Source of the DNA: a virus
Direction: 5' to 3' (one strand)
DNA length: 64,000 nucleotides
IMG/VR virus record: IMGVR_UViG_3300029286_001586
Location: 1-64,000 of that record
Under the pieces are notes generated by a model, which was not told the origin of the DNA, searched no databases, and saw nothing but the letters and a program-made list of their open reading frames with translations. Shown one piece after another: positions 1 to 9,570 of this stretch. Every line of letters begins with the position of its first letter. Position 1 is the first letter of the stretch. Both the position numbers and the translations under genes were made by a program.

Positions 1-585
1 ATAGGGGATATACAGCGTTCTACACTGGTAGGGATTATCTCATACAAACACACTGCATAGCGATTTTATGAGTAAATTGAACATGATGTTCAAAGTCAAT
101 TTGCATGATATCACTCTCTGTTATCGTCATTGGTTAAGTCTTGTAAGTGGTCTGGATATCGTCTATCATGTGATGATATCCGCTCTGCTATGCTCTCAGA
201 ATGACCGAGTACATAACCTATCAAACAAAATAAAAATGCCTATAATGTCAAATAATGCGCTCTGACAGCACGCTATATATAGCGGTATGTTTATCCGCTC
301 TCAGACCATGCAAAGTAAACATCTGTTTACCTAATTGATATACCCCTATGGGGTACTAAAAACACCGTAAATCATCTATGCTCATTCTTTGACATAACAT
401 GTATTATGCGACATTAATTTTGACCTATGCTATTAGAGGTCGATTTTAGGCGATTATAGGCACTTTAGGCATATAGAGCCAAAGGACACTCAAACCACTT
501 CAAACGCTTGTAAAAATAGGCAAATTTGACGGCTAATAGCATTGTAGCAAGCAACTGTAATGCCGTACCCCCCCCCCGTTTTTAA

Positions 586-605
586 TTATACACAGGTTAT
601 CCACA
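586..605 (+). promoter_or_regulatory. Tandem DnaA boxes (TTATACACA 586-594, TTATCCACA 597-605)
   Basis: Two matches to TTATNCACA with starts 11 bp apart, in non-coding DNA. Confidence 0.6.
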
Positions 606-1321
606 GGCACGACAGGGGGGCTAATCATTCTCTCGGCACACACCAAGTTGTTCAAAAATCGAGGATGCGTAAACACCCATTCTCTCCCCGCACACCAAAG
701 GTTTACTTAATCGAGATAAGTCACAAACAACATTCCTGCGCCACACAAGTTAGCATCACTTTAATCCCCTCATACGGCCTTCGATTTAACTACTACTGAT
801 GATAACTTTGGTTAGTTCTTTAAAGCGGGTTGTAATTTTTCTCTTGTATATTATGCTATACTACTAACCCCTATTACTAATCTGTTATAATATACTAGAA
901 GTGGTTGGCTATTTAAGTGGGCGATTCTTTTTTGTCTGACTAAAAAACGTAGTCATATGACTACTTTTCCGACACCGAAACGGGGTCACATGACACGCTT
1001 TTTCATGTACCCGATAGGGTACGAATACGACCTTTTAGGTATGAAATAGGTCTAAAATGGGTCCAATTATACCCGTTCGGGAACACCAATTTCGTGCCAT
1101 CACGAACATGGTTTGTGCCGAAATTTCTGTAAATATCCCCTGGAACAACTGTTGTGAAAGCGAGTACAACTGTACTCAAAACGAGCTATCTGGAAAAACG
1201 GGATAACTAAATACAACTTATAAGTTGTATATTCGGGTCCCAAATATAACCAATGTGTTATATTCGACGCTGTAAAAAACGACCGCAATACTGTTACCTT
1301 ATTTTGATGAAGAAAAAATAG

Positions 1322-1353
1322 TTATCCACAGGATATGCACAGGTTGTGGATAA
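1322..1353. promoter_or_regulatory. DnaA box cluster (TTATCCACA 1322-1330, degenerate ATATGCACA 1333-1341, inverted TGTGGATAA 1345-1353)
   Basis: Two perfect boxes in opposite orientation flanking a 2-mismatch box. Confidence 0.65.
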
Positions 1354-1400
1354 TTTATAGCGAAATATTTGGCTCAAATATAACAAAAACACAAATTGTA

Positions 1401-1430
1401 GGACACTTTTGAGCACAAATATGGTATAAT
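1401..1430 (+). promoter_or_regulatory. Conserved phage promoter, copy 1 (GGACACTT-N13-TGGTATAAT)
   Basis: Extended -10 TGnTATAAT plus an upstream motif at identical spacing in six copies. Confidence 0.7.
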
Positions 1431-1576
1431 AGAGTGTATGATATATAATAAAGCTAATATAATTAATATTATAAAGTGTGGTGCATTGTTTGTCGTAGGT
1501 CTTTGGACCTACTCTTTTTGGAAAAAGAGGAACCCTGTTCCTCACTACACCAGCTTTTCCGAAAATAGTGCGTTCT

Positions 1577-1659
1577 AATAACTTACGAAGTAAGTTATTT
1601 ATTAATTAATATTATTATTATATTAATTAATATTATATAATTAATATATTATATTAATT
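1577..1659. other. 10-bp hairpin with GAA loop adjoining a 65-bp pure A/T tract (putative DNA-unwinding element)
   Basis: AATAACTTAC-GAA-GTAAGTTATT at 1577-1599; no G or C from 1595 to 1659. Confidence 0.55.
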
Positions 1660-1896
1660 CCTTGCAAAAATAAAAAATGAAAATTTTAATTCAAATATTT
1701 AGTTTCTTCGTATTTCACCTGGCAATCTATTGTGAAGATTACAAATCGGAGTTTTTGACTTTTATTGACTATTTTGTTTTGCGGGTGGGTTTTGGTAGGG
1801 GAGTTTGTATTTACTGGAACAATGTTGCTTGCGGGATAGGTATTGGAAAATATGTTTGGTACAAAAAACTTTACAAAGAAAGAGGGTGTTTAAAAA

Positions 1897-2163
1897 ATGG
1901 CTGACGAAAGTAAGAAGTTCCTGGGATTTATAATCGCTGGAGATGTCGATAAGAAAAAGTTCATGAGTGATATCGAGTTTACAAAAAATGCCTACAAAGA
2001 CACTTACGGTGTTGCTCCTATGAGTTTGTTCATGAACTACTCAACTTCAGCAAAAATAAAATTGGTGATGGGAATAGATGGGGATGAGTTGAATGGTGTT
2101 GGGGGGTTGAAGCCTGTGTACGATTCTGCGGTTCGTGATGATTATGTTCTGGTAGGAAATTAA
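1897..2163 (+). CDS. Hypothetical protein
   Basis: ORF with SD-like AGAGGG; TAATG coupling to next ORF. Confidence 0.7.
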   Translation: MADESKKFLGFIIAGDVDKKKFMSDIEFTKNAYKDTYGVAPMSLFMNYSTSAKIKLVMGIDGDELNGVGGLKPVYDSAVRDDYVLVGN

Positions 2164-2360
2164 TGGAGAATTTAATACCCTATGATAGGGCTATTAAAAT
2201 ATTAGATAGAGCAATTTCGTGGTATTCTAGAGAGTTAATAAAAGAAGGGGCTGATATTTCGGTGGTTTGTGTAGAATTTTTTACGGAGGATTTTTATAAT
2301 AAGACTGGTTGTTTAACTTGGTATAATCTGGAAAATAAAAGGAGACAGAAAAATGGATAA
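2163..2360 (+). CDS. Hypothetical protein
   Basis: Translationally coupled ORF. Confidence 0.6.
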   Translation: MENLIPYDRAIKILDRAISWYSRELIKEGADISVVCVEFFTEDFYNKTGCLTWYNLENKRRQKNG

Positions 2361-2463
2361 GAAGAAAGTGACGAAGAAGGCAGCAAAGAAGACGGCGAAG
2401 AAAACAAAGAAGATAGTAAAGGCAGTTGTTCCGACGATTGATACGACAGCAGAGGAAATCTAA
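2353..2463 (+). CDS. 36-aa Lys/Ala/Thr-rich histone H1-like peptide (below ORF-track cutoff)
   Basis: AAGGAG SD; MDKKKVTKKAAKKTAKKTKKIVKAVVPTIDTTAEEI; stop abuts the next ATG. Confidence 0.7.
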   Translation: MDKKKVTKKAAKKTAKKTKKIVKAVVPTIDTTAEEI

Positions 2464-2766
2464 ATGCAAGTAGTAGAAGAAGGACATATTTACTTACTTG
2501 ATAGTTATGAGGACACGTTTCCACAGGAGATAAGATTTATAAGTAAGAAAGACGGACAGATGGTCCATGATGGATGCACTAACGAAGAACTTTTGAGAGT
2601 GCTTATAGACCGTATGCAGTATCTAAATTTTAAGATGCCTTGTTTGGATAATATTGTTGTGATAGGGGATTTGGTGAGCGCACTAAAAACTTTAGAACAC
2701 AGAACGCTTAAAAGAACTATGCAGGGTGTTGAAGGTCTTGATGTTCCGCATAAGGAGGAAATATAG
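2464..2766 (+). CDS. Tad1-like cyclic-nucleotide sponge (anti-Thoeris/anti-CBASS family)
   Basis: GCTNEELLRVLIDRM...CLDN...ALKTLEHRTLKR...GVEG resembles the Tad1 C-terminal helical pattern. Confidence 0.65.
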   Translation: MQVVEEGHIYLLDSYEDTFPQEIRFISKKDGQMVHDGCTNEELLRVLIDRMQYLNFKMPCLDNIVVIGDLVSALKTLEHRTLKRTMQGVEGLDVPHKEEI

Positions 2767-3086
2767 TGAAGGTCAATGTAGATTTACAGTTGATTGATTT
2801 GGATGATGAGTTGATTGAAGTCCCCACAGGAAAAGAGGACCCAAAAACAGAACCACTTCTTCTGAAGAATATTCTCATTAATGCTCTTATAACAGAGCAA
2901 CCAAATTCAGGAATAGCAGGGAATGAAAAGTTCGAGAGATATAATTTAGCTAGGACAATAAAACAGGGACATGACATTGAATTGACGGCAGAAAATATAG
3001 CCTTGCTTAAAGACCTTGTAGCAAAAAATTATACTCCGCTTGTTGTAGGTGATGTGTGGAATATCCTTGAAGGAAAACGGAAATAA
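2766..3086 (+). CDS. Conserved phage hypothetical protein
   Basis: EKFERYNLA...ELTAENIALLK...PLVVG pattern; GTG start with SD. Confidence 0.65.
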   Translation: MKVNVDLQLIDLDDELIEVPTGKEDPKTEPLLLKNILINALITEQPNSGIAGNEKFERYNLARTIKQGHDIELTAENIALLKDLVAKNYTPLVVGDVWNILEGKRK

Positions 3087-3096
3087 GGAGAAAAAG

Positions 3097-3240
3097 ATGA
3101 AAGCAAGATGCATGCGGTGTAGAGCGCAGATGGAAATGAAAGACATGATACAGACTAAGACAAAAAGAGGAGTCCCGATGATAAAAGGAATTTGTGTAAA
3201 ATGTGGATGTAAAATGGCAATTATAGGAAAGACTCTTTGA
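3097..3240 (+). CDS. DUF5679-like zinc-ribbon protein
   Basis: CxxC...TKRG.PMIKG.CxxCG; SD AAGGAG before ATG 3097. Confidence 0.65.
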   Translation: MKARCMRCRAQMEMKDMIQTKTKRGVPMIKGICVKCGCKMAIIGKTL

Positions 3241-3243
3241 TAA

Positions 3244-4518
3244 ATGAATAGACCTAAGATATTATGGATTTCCGACATCCTAGCGAAAACAGGTTTTGGG
3301 GTTGCTGCTGAAAACAATCTGAAGTATCTTCAGACTAAATATGACATAGCTGCTGCGGGTTGGAATTTCAATCCCGCAGACAAACACAGAAGACCATGGC
3401 AATGTTATTATGTTCCGAAGCAGCCAAACCCAGAACTAGGTATTACTTCCAGAAATATTTTAGAGACTCTTTATCCAATTATTGAAAAAGAAAAACCTGA
3501 CGCCATAGTAGCTTTTGCTGACCCCTGGGACTTCTTTTATGTTTCAGACGAATTCGCTGACAATGATGGTCAAGTATATTTAGGAATAAGAAAAAGATTC
3601 CCAGATATAAAAATATTTGGATATCTTACTGCTGATGCAACTCCGCTTCCAACTTATCTCAGACGCAATCTTATGTTTTATGATGCTATTGCAGTACCTA
3701 GTGAGTTCTCAAAAACAGCATTACAAATACTGCTTCCTAATACTCCAATAACAGTTATCTATCACGGCATTGACTCTGACATATTTAAAAAAATCCACCC
3801 AGAGATAGTTAATAATTGGAAAAAACAAATAGGAATTGAAGGAAAATTTGTTGTAGGATTTAATGGCAGAAATCAGTTTAGAAAAAACATACCTGGACTT
3901 TTAAGAACCTTTAAAGAATTTAGTGATAGTCACCCAGATGCAGTTCTTTTATTTCTTACTGATATTGATGCTGCTACTGCGGTGAATGATGTTAAGCGTT
4001 TAATTAATCGTATGGGTCTTACTGGTAAAGTAATTTGTCCAGAGGCGTTTGGACCGAAAGCAAATGTTGCTGATGAAAAAATGTCTTTGTATTATAACTG
4101 CATGGATGTTTATTTGACTCTTTCTTTTGCAGAAGGATTTGGATGTCCTATTCTTGAAGCTATGGCTTGCGGTGTTCCTGTTGTGACAACAGGGTATTCT
4201 GCTCCAGTTGAATTAATTGAAAAATCTGGGGGCGGAGTTCTTGTTGATGTTGCTGGTTGGGTCAATGAAAAAAGCACAGACAGAAATTTTGCGATAGCAA
4301 ATGAAACTCAGGCAGCAAACTACTTACACGCTTTATACAGCAATCCTGATTTGAGGACGAAAGTCGGAGAGAAAGCAAGGCTCTGGGCTTCTAAACAAAC
4401 ATGGTTAAAGAGCGGTAAAGAGTTCGATGCGTTCCTTGCAGAGTCGCTCAAAAAACCAAAAATAGATTTCTTTCCTATTTCGTATGGTATTGAAGTAATT
4501 GATAAGGATGTAATTTAA
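3244..4518 (+). CDS. Glycosyltransferase, GT4 (GT-B fold)
   Basis: TGFG N-terminal motif, RKN, EGFGCPILEAMACG (E-x7-E). Confidence 0.9.
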   Translation: MNRPKILWISDILAKTGFGVAAENNLKYLQTKYDIAAAGWNFNPADKHRRPWQCYYVPKQPNPELGITSRNILETLYPIIEKEKPDAIVAFADPWDFFYVSDEFADNDGQVYLGIRKRFPDIKIFGYLTADATPLPTYLRRNLMFYDAIAVPSEFSKTALQILLPNTPITVIYHGIDSDIFKKIHPEIVNNWKKQIGIEGKFVVGFNGRNQFRKNIPGLLRTFKEFSDSHPDAVLLFLTDIDAATAVNDVKRLINRMGLTGKVICPEAFGPKANVADEKMSLYYNCMDVYLTLSFAEGFGCPILEAMACGVPVVTTGYSAPVELIEKSGGGVLVDVAGWVNEKSTDRNFAIANETQAANYLHALYSNPDLRTKVGEKARLWASKQTWLKSGKEFDAFLAESLKKPKIDFFPISYGIEVIDKDVI

Positions 4519-6431
4519 TGTCACATGTCTCAATTTGCGTCCCTTATATAGACAAGATTGATATACTAAAAAACACTATTAGTTCCATAAGAAATAAGAC
4601 TGGTGATACAGCGAAGTATAAAATATTTCTCATGGATAACGGTTCAGAAAAACAAGTAGGAGCAGGTGATGGAAACTTGGTGGTTATTAATTCTCCAGAG
4701 AATCTTGGGTTTGGCAGAGCGTTAAATCTTTTAATTACAGAGGCTCTAAAAGAAAATCCAGATACACATATTTTGGTTTGTAATGATGATATAGAGATAC
4801 TTCAATTAGGATGGCTAGATAGACTTGTTGATTGTGTTGAGACCTATCCCAAAGCTGGTGTCGTAGGTCCAGTATGTCTATATCCGAATGGTACTGTTCA
4901 ACATGCAGGAGCATATATCAACAGGATTTTTACGGGGCAGCACTTTCAAGAAATTCCAAAAGAAAGAAAAGAATTTGAGTACATACCATTTGTTGTAGTG
5001 CTTCTTCATAACAATCTTGTTAAAGATTTAATTAAAGCACAGGGAAGTGTTTTTGACGACAATATTAAAAAGGCATATAGTGAGGATGTTGACGTATGTT
5101 ATAGTGCAAGGAAATATGGTTATGTTTGTGTTCTTGAACCGACGGTAAGGATTGTACATCTTGAAGGTACGTCGCAGAAAATTGGAGTTCTTGGAAATAG
5201 AGCAAATATTTCAGAACTTCAAAATACGAACAAAGAATATGTTGCGAAAAAGTGGGAAGACTATGATTCTACCGAGGATAAGAAATATAAAGTTTGTTTT
5301 GTGTCCAGGCTCGCAGGAAATTTGAGCTACCAACAAGTGCTTAAAAACATTGCCCCAAGACTAGACAAAGATAACGAATTTGATGTGTCGCTTCTTCCAG
5401 AGGAAACCGTCTATTCTCCAGAACATCTTCCTGCGGATTGGGAACTTAGAAAACTCAGACAGAAACCCTTTGATGAAAAAAGAATTTGTATCAGGTATTC
5501 AGAAGGTCAGTTTGGATATCTTGCTTATAGCAGGGATGTAATTTACACGACTCTCGAAACATGGGGAACGCATATTCCTTTTGAGTGGAAAAATAATATA
5601 AACAAATTTAAACAATGTTGGGTAACTTGTAATAGAGTGAAAGATGTGTTTCAAGCATCTGGTATTACGATACCAATTAAAGTAGTTCCGCATGGTATTG
5701 ATTTTAAACTTTGGGATTACAATGTTGAACCTTATCACAATCCTCATCTTCCAAAGTTCTTATTTTTTATGAATGACATGTATGGTTCGAGAAAGAATAT
5801 GGATATTGTTGTTAAAGCGTTCTGTGAGATTTTTAAGGACAACAAAGAAGTCGGTTTATTTATTCAGAGTTCTGGATTAGTAACTCAACTCGAACAGATT
5901 GGTTATGCAGAAGGAGTTGAAAGAAATTTAGGGACACAATACTTTAAAACAAAAGTCATAACTAGATGGCTTTCAAATAATGGATGGGATGGCAGAACTC
6001 AGATATTTGTTTTTGATGATTGGGTGTCACAGGAAACTCTTGTTAAATTGTATGCAAGAATGAGTGTTGTTATCTGTATGGGCAATGAAGGTTTTGGGCT
6101 TGTGGGTTTACAAAGCGCAGCCATGAAGAAACCACTTATACATTTGAACGAGGGCGGATTTTTAGAATACTGTCCTCCGTCTATGACATATCCCGTTGAA
6201 GTCGGTGATTATGTTCCTTCCCGTCAGATGTGGATAATGCAGCAATACATAAATGGTTTGTGGGCAGAACCTAATTACGAGAGTCTTAAAAAACAGATGC
6301 AATTTGTATATGAACAAACTTCAGCAAACGAAACTAACGCCGAATCATTATATAATTATGTCAGGGAAAATTTTACTTGGGATAAAGTAATAGAAGGAAT
6401 AAAGGAAAATATTAAATGTTTGGATTCTTAG
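4518..6431 (+). CDS. Bifunctional glycosyltransferase, GT2 plus GT4
   Basis: N-terminal DNGS, NLGF, CNDD, EDVD; C-terminal PHGID, RKN, EGFGL. Confidence 0.88.
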   Translation: MSHVSICVPYIDKIDILKNTISSIRNKTGDTAKYKIFLMDNGSEKQVGAGDGNLVVINSPENLGFGRALNLLITEALKENPDTHILVCNDDIEILQLGWLDRLVDCVETYPKAGVVGPVCLYPNGTVQHAGAYINRIFTGQHFQEIPKERKEFEYIPFVVVLLHNNLVKDLIKAQGSVFDDNIKKAYSEDVDVCYSARKYGYVCVLEPTVRIVHLEGTSQKIGVLGNRANISELQNTNKEYVAKKWEDYDSTEDKKYKVCFVSRLAGNLSYQQVLKNIAPRLDKDNEFDVSLLPEETVYSPEHLPADWELRKLRQKPFDEKRICIRYSEGQFGYLAYSRDVIYTTLETWGTHIPFEWKNNINKFKQCWVTCNRVKDVFQASGITIPIKVVPHGIDFKLWDYNVEPYHNPHLPKFLFFMNDMYGSRKNMDIVVKAFCEIFKDNKEVGLFIQSSGLVTQLEQIGYAEGVERNLGTQYFKTKVITRWLSNNGWDGRTQIFVFDDWVSQETLVKLYARMSVVICMGNEGFGLVGLQSAAMKKPLIHLNEGGFLEYCPPSMTYPVEVGDYVPSRQMWIMQQYINGLWAEPNYESLKKQMQFVYEQTSANETNAESLYNYVRENFTWDKVIEGIKENIKCLDS

Positions 6432-7072
6432 AACAGTTTAAAGAAGGAATAGAAGCATGTAGTTCTGAAATAGGATTACAGGTAATGCTATTTTCGCTGG
6501 CGGTAGCAATCCAGGCAGAGACTATTATAGAGATAGGAAGATTTAAAGGGAGTTCTACGCTTGCGCTTGCAGGAGCATTGCATTTTCTTGATACACAAAT
6601 GAAGTACGACGAAAAACATTGCGAGAGACCGTTTATAAATTATAAAAAACTGCACGAACTAAAAAATAGAAAAATATATTCGATAGACCCAGCCCCAAGA
6701 ACAGAAGCAGAACAAAAATTAGGAGCCAATGGGTTCAATGCCTATGTTGAGTTAATAAATAATCAATCGTGGAATGTGAACTTAGAAGTACAAGCCGATT
6801 TAATTCTTGTTGATGGAGACCATACACTGGCTTCTTGTGCTAAAGACACAGAAAAGTTTATAAACAACAATCTAAAAGTAGGAGGGTATTTTATTCTCCA
6901 CGATTATTATGGGTGGTTTGGAAATCATGCTGATAATAACTCGCCGATAAAAATGGTATGTGATAGACTTGTATCTATCGGTATTTTTGAACACATTCTC
7001 ATTGATACGAAGTACATGAGTTTTATGATTTTTAGAAAGAAACATGATATGGATTTTAAGGTGGGGCTATGA
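6416..7072 (+). CDS. Class I SAM-dependent methyltransferase (Methyltransf_24-like O-methyltransferase)
   Basis: EIGRFKGSS, VDGDH, LKVGG..ILHD. Confidence 0.85.
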   Translation: MFGFLEQFKEGIEACSSEIGLQVMLFSLAVAIQAETIIEIGRFKGSSTLALAGALHFLDTQMKYDEKHCERPFINYKKLHELKNRKIYSIDPAPRTEAEQKLGANGFNAYVELINNQSWNVNLEVQADLILVDGDHTLASCAKDTEKFINNNLKVGGYFILHDYYGWFGNHADNNSPIKMVCDRLVSIGIFEHILIDTKYMSFMIFRKKHDMDFKVGL

Positions 7073-8541
7073 ATACAATAGGATTTTTGTCTGTACAAAT
7101 TTTAGTTAAAGACAGCGAAGATAATATAAAACGTTGTTTGGATAGTCTTTTATGTTTGAGACAGTATATAAAAGACGTGGTTATTGTGAATGATGATTCA
7201 AAAGATAAAACCGTCGAGATAGTCAATACATATAAAGACATTTTCTGTATTGCTATTTATCACACGAAGAAAGACCATAGAGGATTTGCTGGTCTTCGTA
7301 ATGATGCCATTGGTATATGCAAAGGTGACTGGGTTCTTGTTCTTGATTCTGATGAAACAATCCATCAGGATATGTTTTGGGAAATTCTTCCTATGGTTCA
7401 GTCCGAACAAATATTAGCATATTTTTTCCCCAGAGTTTTATTGTTCCCAGATAGCGCAAATTACATAACAAACGCTTATCCTGATTATCAGATGAGATTA
7501 TTTAGGAAACTCCCAGGAGTTAGATTTACAAGAGAAGTCCATGAGTATCTTGAATTCGTCGATAAAGACGGAAAGATTTTTTCTTTGGGAATTAATCAGC
7601 CAAATACAAAGATAACTCATAAAATACATATCTACCATTTCCAGCTTCTTTCTTCAGAAGAAAAGTTAAAAGAAAAAGGACGGAGATGGATGGAGCAGTC
7701 CAAAGCAAGCAAACAAGCCGGGTTTGAGATAGTAGGGGAAGATGCCTATGTTTTTAATCAGTATCAGCATCAGTTCTCTCCGCTTCCAAACGACCTAGTA
7801 TTAGGAATGGAAGTAAAGAGAACCGAATGGGATATCTTAAATAAGATACGAGAAAAAATAGATGCAGAAGTTCAGTTCGATGAAAAAGGACAAGCAACTT
7901 CAAATATTAATACAAGAGAATATTGGAATGAGTTATTTAAAGAACACGAACTGTCTGATAGTGCGATAAATGGTCAGTTGCCAATAATTAATTTTGGATG
8001 CAAAGACGCTGCTCAGTTCTATAAAAAATTTATAGATGATTATGCGAAGATACCAGTTAAGAAGATTTTAGAAATTGGTTGCGGGACAAAAACAGAAGCA
8101 CTAGAGCTTCATAAAATGGGTTATGATATGACAGTTATCGATATATCTGATTATATGATTCAAAAGCAAAAGGAGAATTGTAATGGTCCTAAATATTTAC
8201 AAATGGATGCAAGGACTTTGGGATTCAGTGATAGTGAATTTGACTTTATTTATTCATCTGATGTATTGGAACATTTTCCTGAAACTGAAGAAACCATCAA
8301 AGAATGGTTACGTTGTCTTAAACCAGGGGGTCATATGCTCATTACAACCGTCGGACCCGACCATGAAAAGCTCGCTACGCATTGCAAACTTTTTACTAAA
8401 GAAAGCCTCACGAAAGAGTTAGGACTTGATGGAGACGGTCTTAAATATCATGTTTCTGTCATTAAATGTGGTGATTATGAAAATATGGGCAGGGGAGATA
8501 GGAATATAACCTTCTGGATTCATAAGGCAATAAATAAATGA
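7069..8541 (+). CDS. GT2 glycosyltransferase fused to a SAM methyltransferase
   Basis: DDSKDKT, LDSDE, VHE; LEIGCG, DVLEH, LKPGG. Confidence 0.88.
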   Translation: MNTIGFLSVQILVKDSEDNIKRCLDSLLCLRQYIKDVVIVNDDSKDKTVEIVNTYKDIFCIAIYHTKKDHRGFAGLRNDAIGICKGDWVLVLDSDETIHQDMFWEILPMVQSEQILAYFFPRVLLFPDSANYITNAYPDYQMRLFRKLPGVRFTREVHEYLEFVDKDGKIFSLGINQPNTKITHKIHIYHFQLLSSEEKLKEKGRRWMEQSKASKQAGFEIVGEDAYVFNQYQHQFSPLPNDLVLGMEVKRTEWDILNKIREKIDAEVQFDEKGQATSNINTREYWNELFKEHELSDSAINGQLPIINFGCKDAAQFYKKFIDDYAKIPVKKILEIGCGTKTEALELHKMGYDMTVIDISDYMIQKQKENCNGPKYLQMDARTLGFSDSEFDFIYSSDVLEHFPETEETIKEWLRCLKPGGHMLITTVGPDHEKLATHCKLFTKESLTKELGLDGDGLKYHVSVIKCGDYENMGRGDRNITFWIHKAINK

Positions 8542-9179
8542 TAGATAAAAATAAAAACAAGATAGCTCAGTTGGGATGTTGTGATAGTCTTTGGGGGAGA
8601 ACATGGTATTCTGAATGGAAGAATGACGATGATAGATTGCGTCTTAAATTTATATTAACAAATCTCAAAGGAAAGTCTGTATTGGATTTAGGTTGTAGTG
8701 ACGGAATTATTTCGATAGAAGCAGCAAGACAAGGGTTATTTTCTGTTGGTGTTAATATGAATTCTAAAGAACTTGAAATGGCACACGCTTTTCTTGAAAA
8801 AGAGGACGAGTATGTAAAGAACAGGGCAACATTTCTTACACATGATATTGAAGACTTTGAAACATCTGCGTCATTTGACAATATTATTTGTGCTGAAGTA
8901 TTAGAACATCAGGTTGACCCAGAAGTTATAGTTAGAAAGATACACGAAATTGCCGACAACAGTACGAACATAATTATAACTGTTCCAAATAGAAATGTTA
9001 AAGAAGGATATAACGCAAGATGGGAACTTGCAGGAATTCATATTCAATTTTTTAATATTGATAGTTTATCTGCGTTATTGGGAAAGTATTTTAGTAACAT
9101 AACATTTTCAAGTCTTTATGATGATGGAAAAATACACGATGCTCCTTTCCTATTGGTAGTAGTTAATGGAAAAAAATAA
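8538..9179 (+). CDS. Class I SAM-dependent methyltransferase
   Basis: VLDLGCSDG, EVLEH, ITVPN. Confidence 0.88.
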   Translation: MIDKNKNKIAQLGCCDSLWGRTWYSEWKNDDDRLRLKFILTNLKGKSVLDLGCSDGIISIEAARQGLFSVGVNMNSKELEMAHAFLEKEDEYVKNRATFLTHDIEDFETSASFDNIICAEVLEHQVDPEVIVRKIHEIADNSTNIIITVPNRNVKEGYNARWELAGIHIQFFNIDSLSALLGKYFSNITFSSLYDDGKIHDAPFLLVVVNGKK

Positions 9180-9570
9180 AATCAAAAATATTATATCAAA
9201 ATGGAAACCTGTTCTTGGTTTGAGTGATTGGGATATAAAACATAAGCTCATAAACCAAAAACAAAACGAATTTAAAGAACAGACGGCAATCGCATATATA
9301 AAATATGATTGTCTTAGGAAAATGGCTTGTATTTTTGTAGCGAAGTCAAAAAGGGTTGATAGATGCAAACTCGAAGAAGTCGTTTTACATGAAATCCTAC
9401 ATCTAAGATATTACGGGGTAAAGGAATGTTTCGATGAGATAGTTAATAACTATGTTAGAAGTAAAAAGACAAGAAAAATATATCAGGAACAATTATCTAC
9501 AAGAATAGAAATTCTTATAAATGATACTGCAAAAATGTTGATTAGTGGAGGAAAACAAAATGGTGTGTAA
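9166..9570 (+). CDS. Zincin-like HExxH metallopeptidase-family protein
   Basis: LGLSDWDI and VVLHEILHL. Confidence 0.6.
   Translation: MEKNKIKNIISKWKPVLGLSDWDIKHKLINQKQNEFKEQTAIAYIKYDCLRKMACIFVAKSKRVDRCKLEEVVLHEILHLRYYGVKECFDEIVNNYVRSKKTRKIYQEQLSTRIEILINDTAKMLISGGKQNGV

Noticed and set aside
68-1904. Short ORFs in the left end (68-265, 560-799, 1100-1288, 1294-1545, 1677-1904)
   Set aside because: No SDs or recognisable motifs, and they overlap regulatory elements
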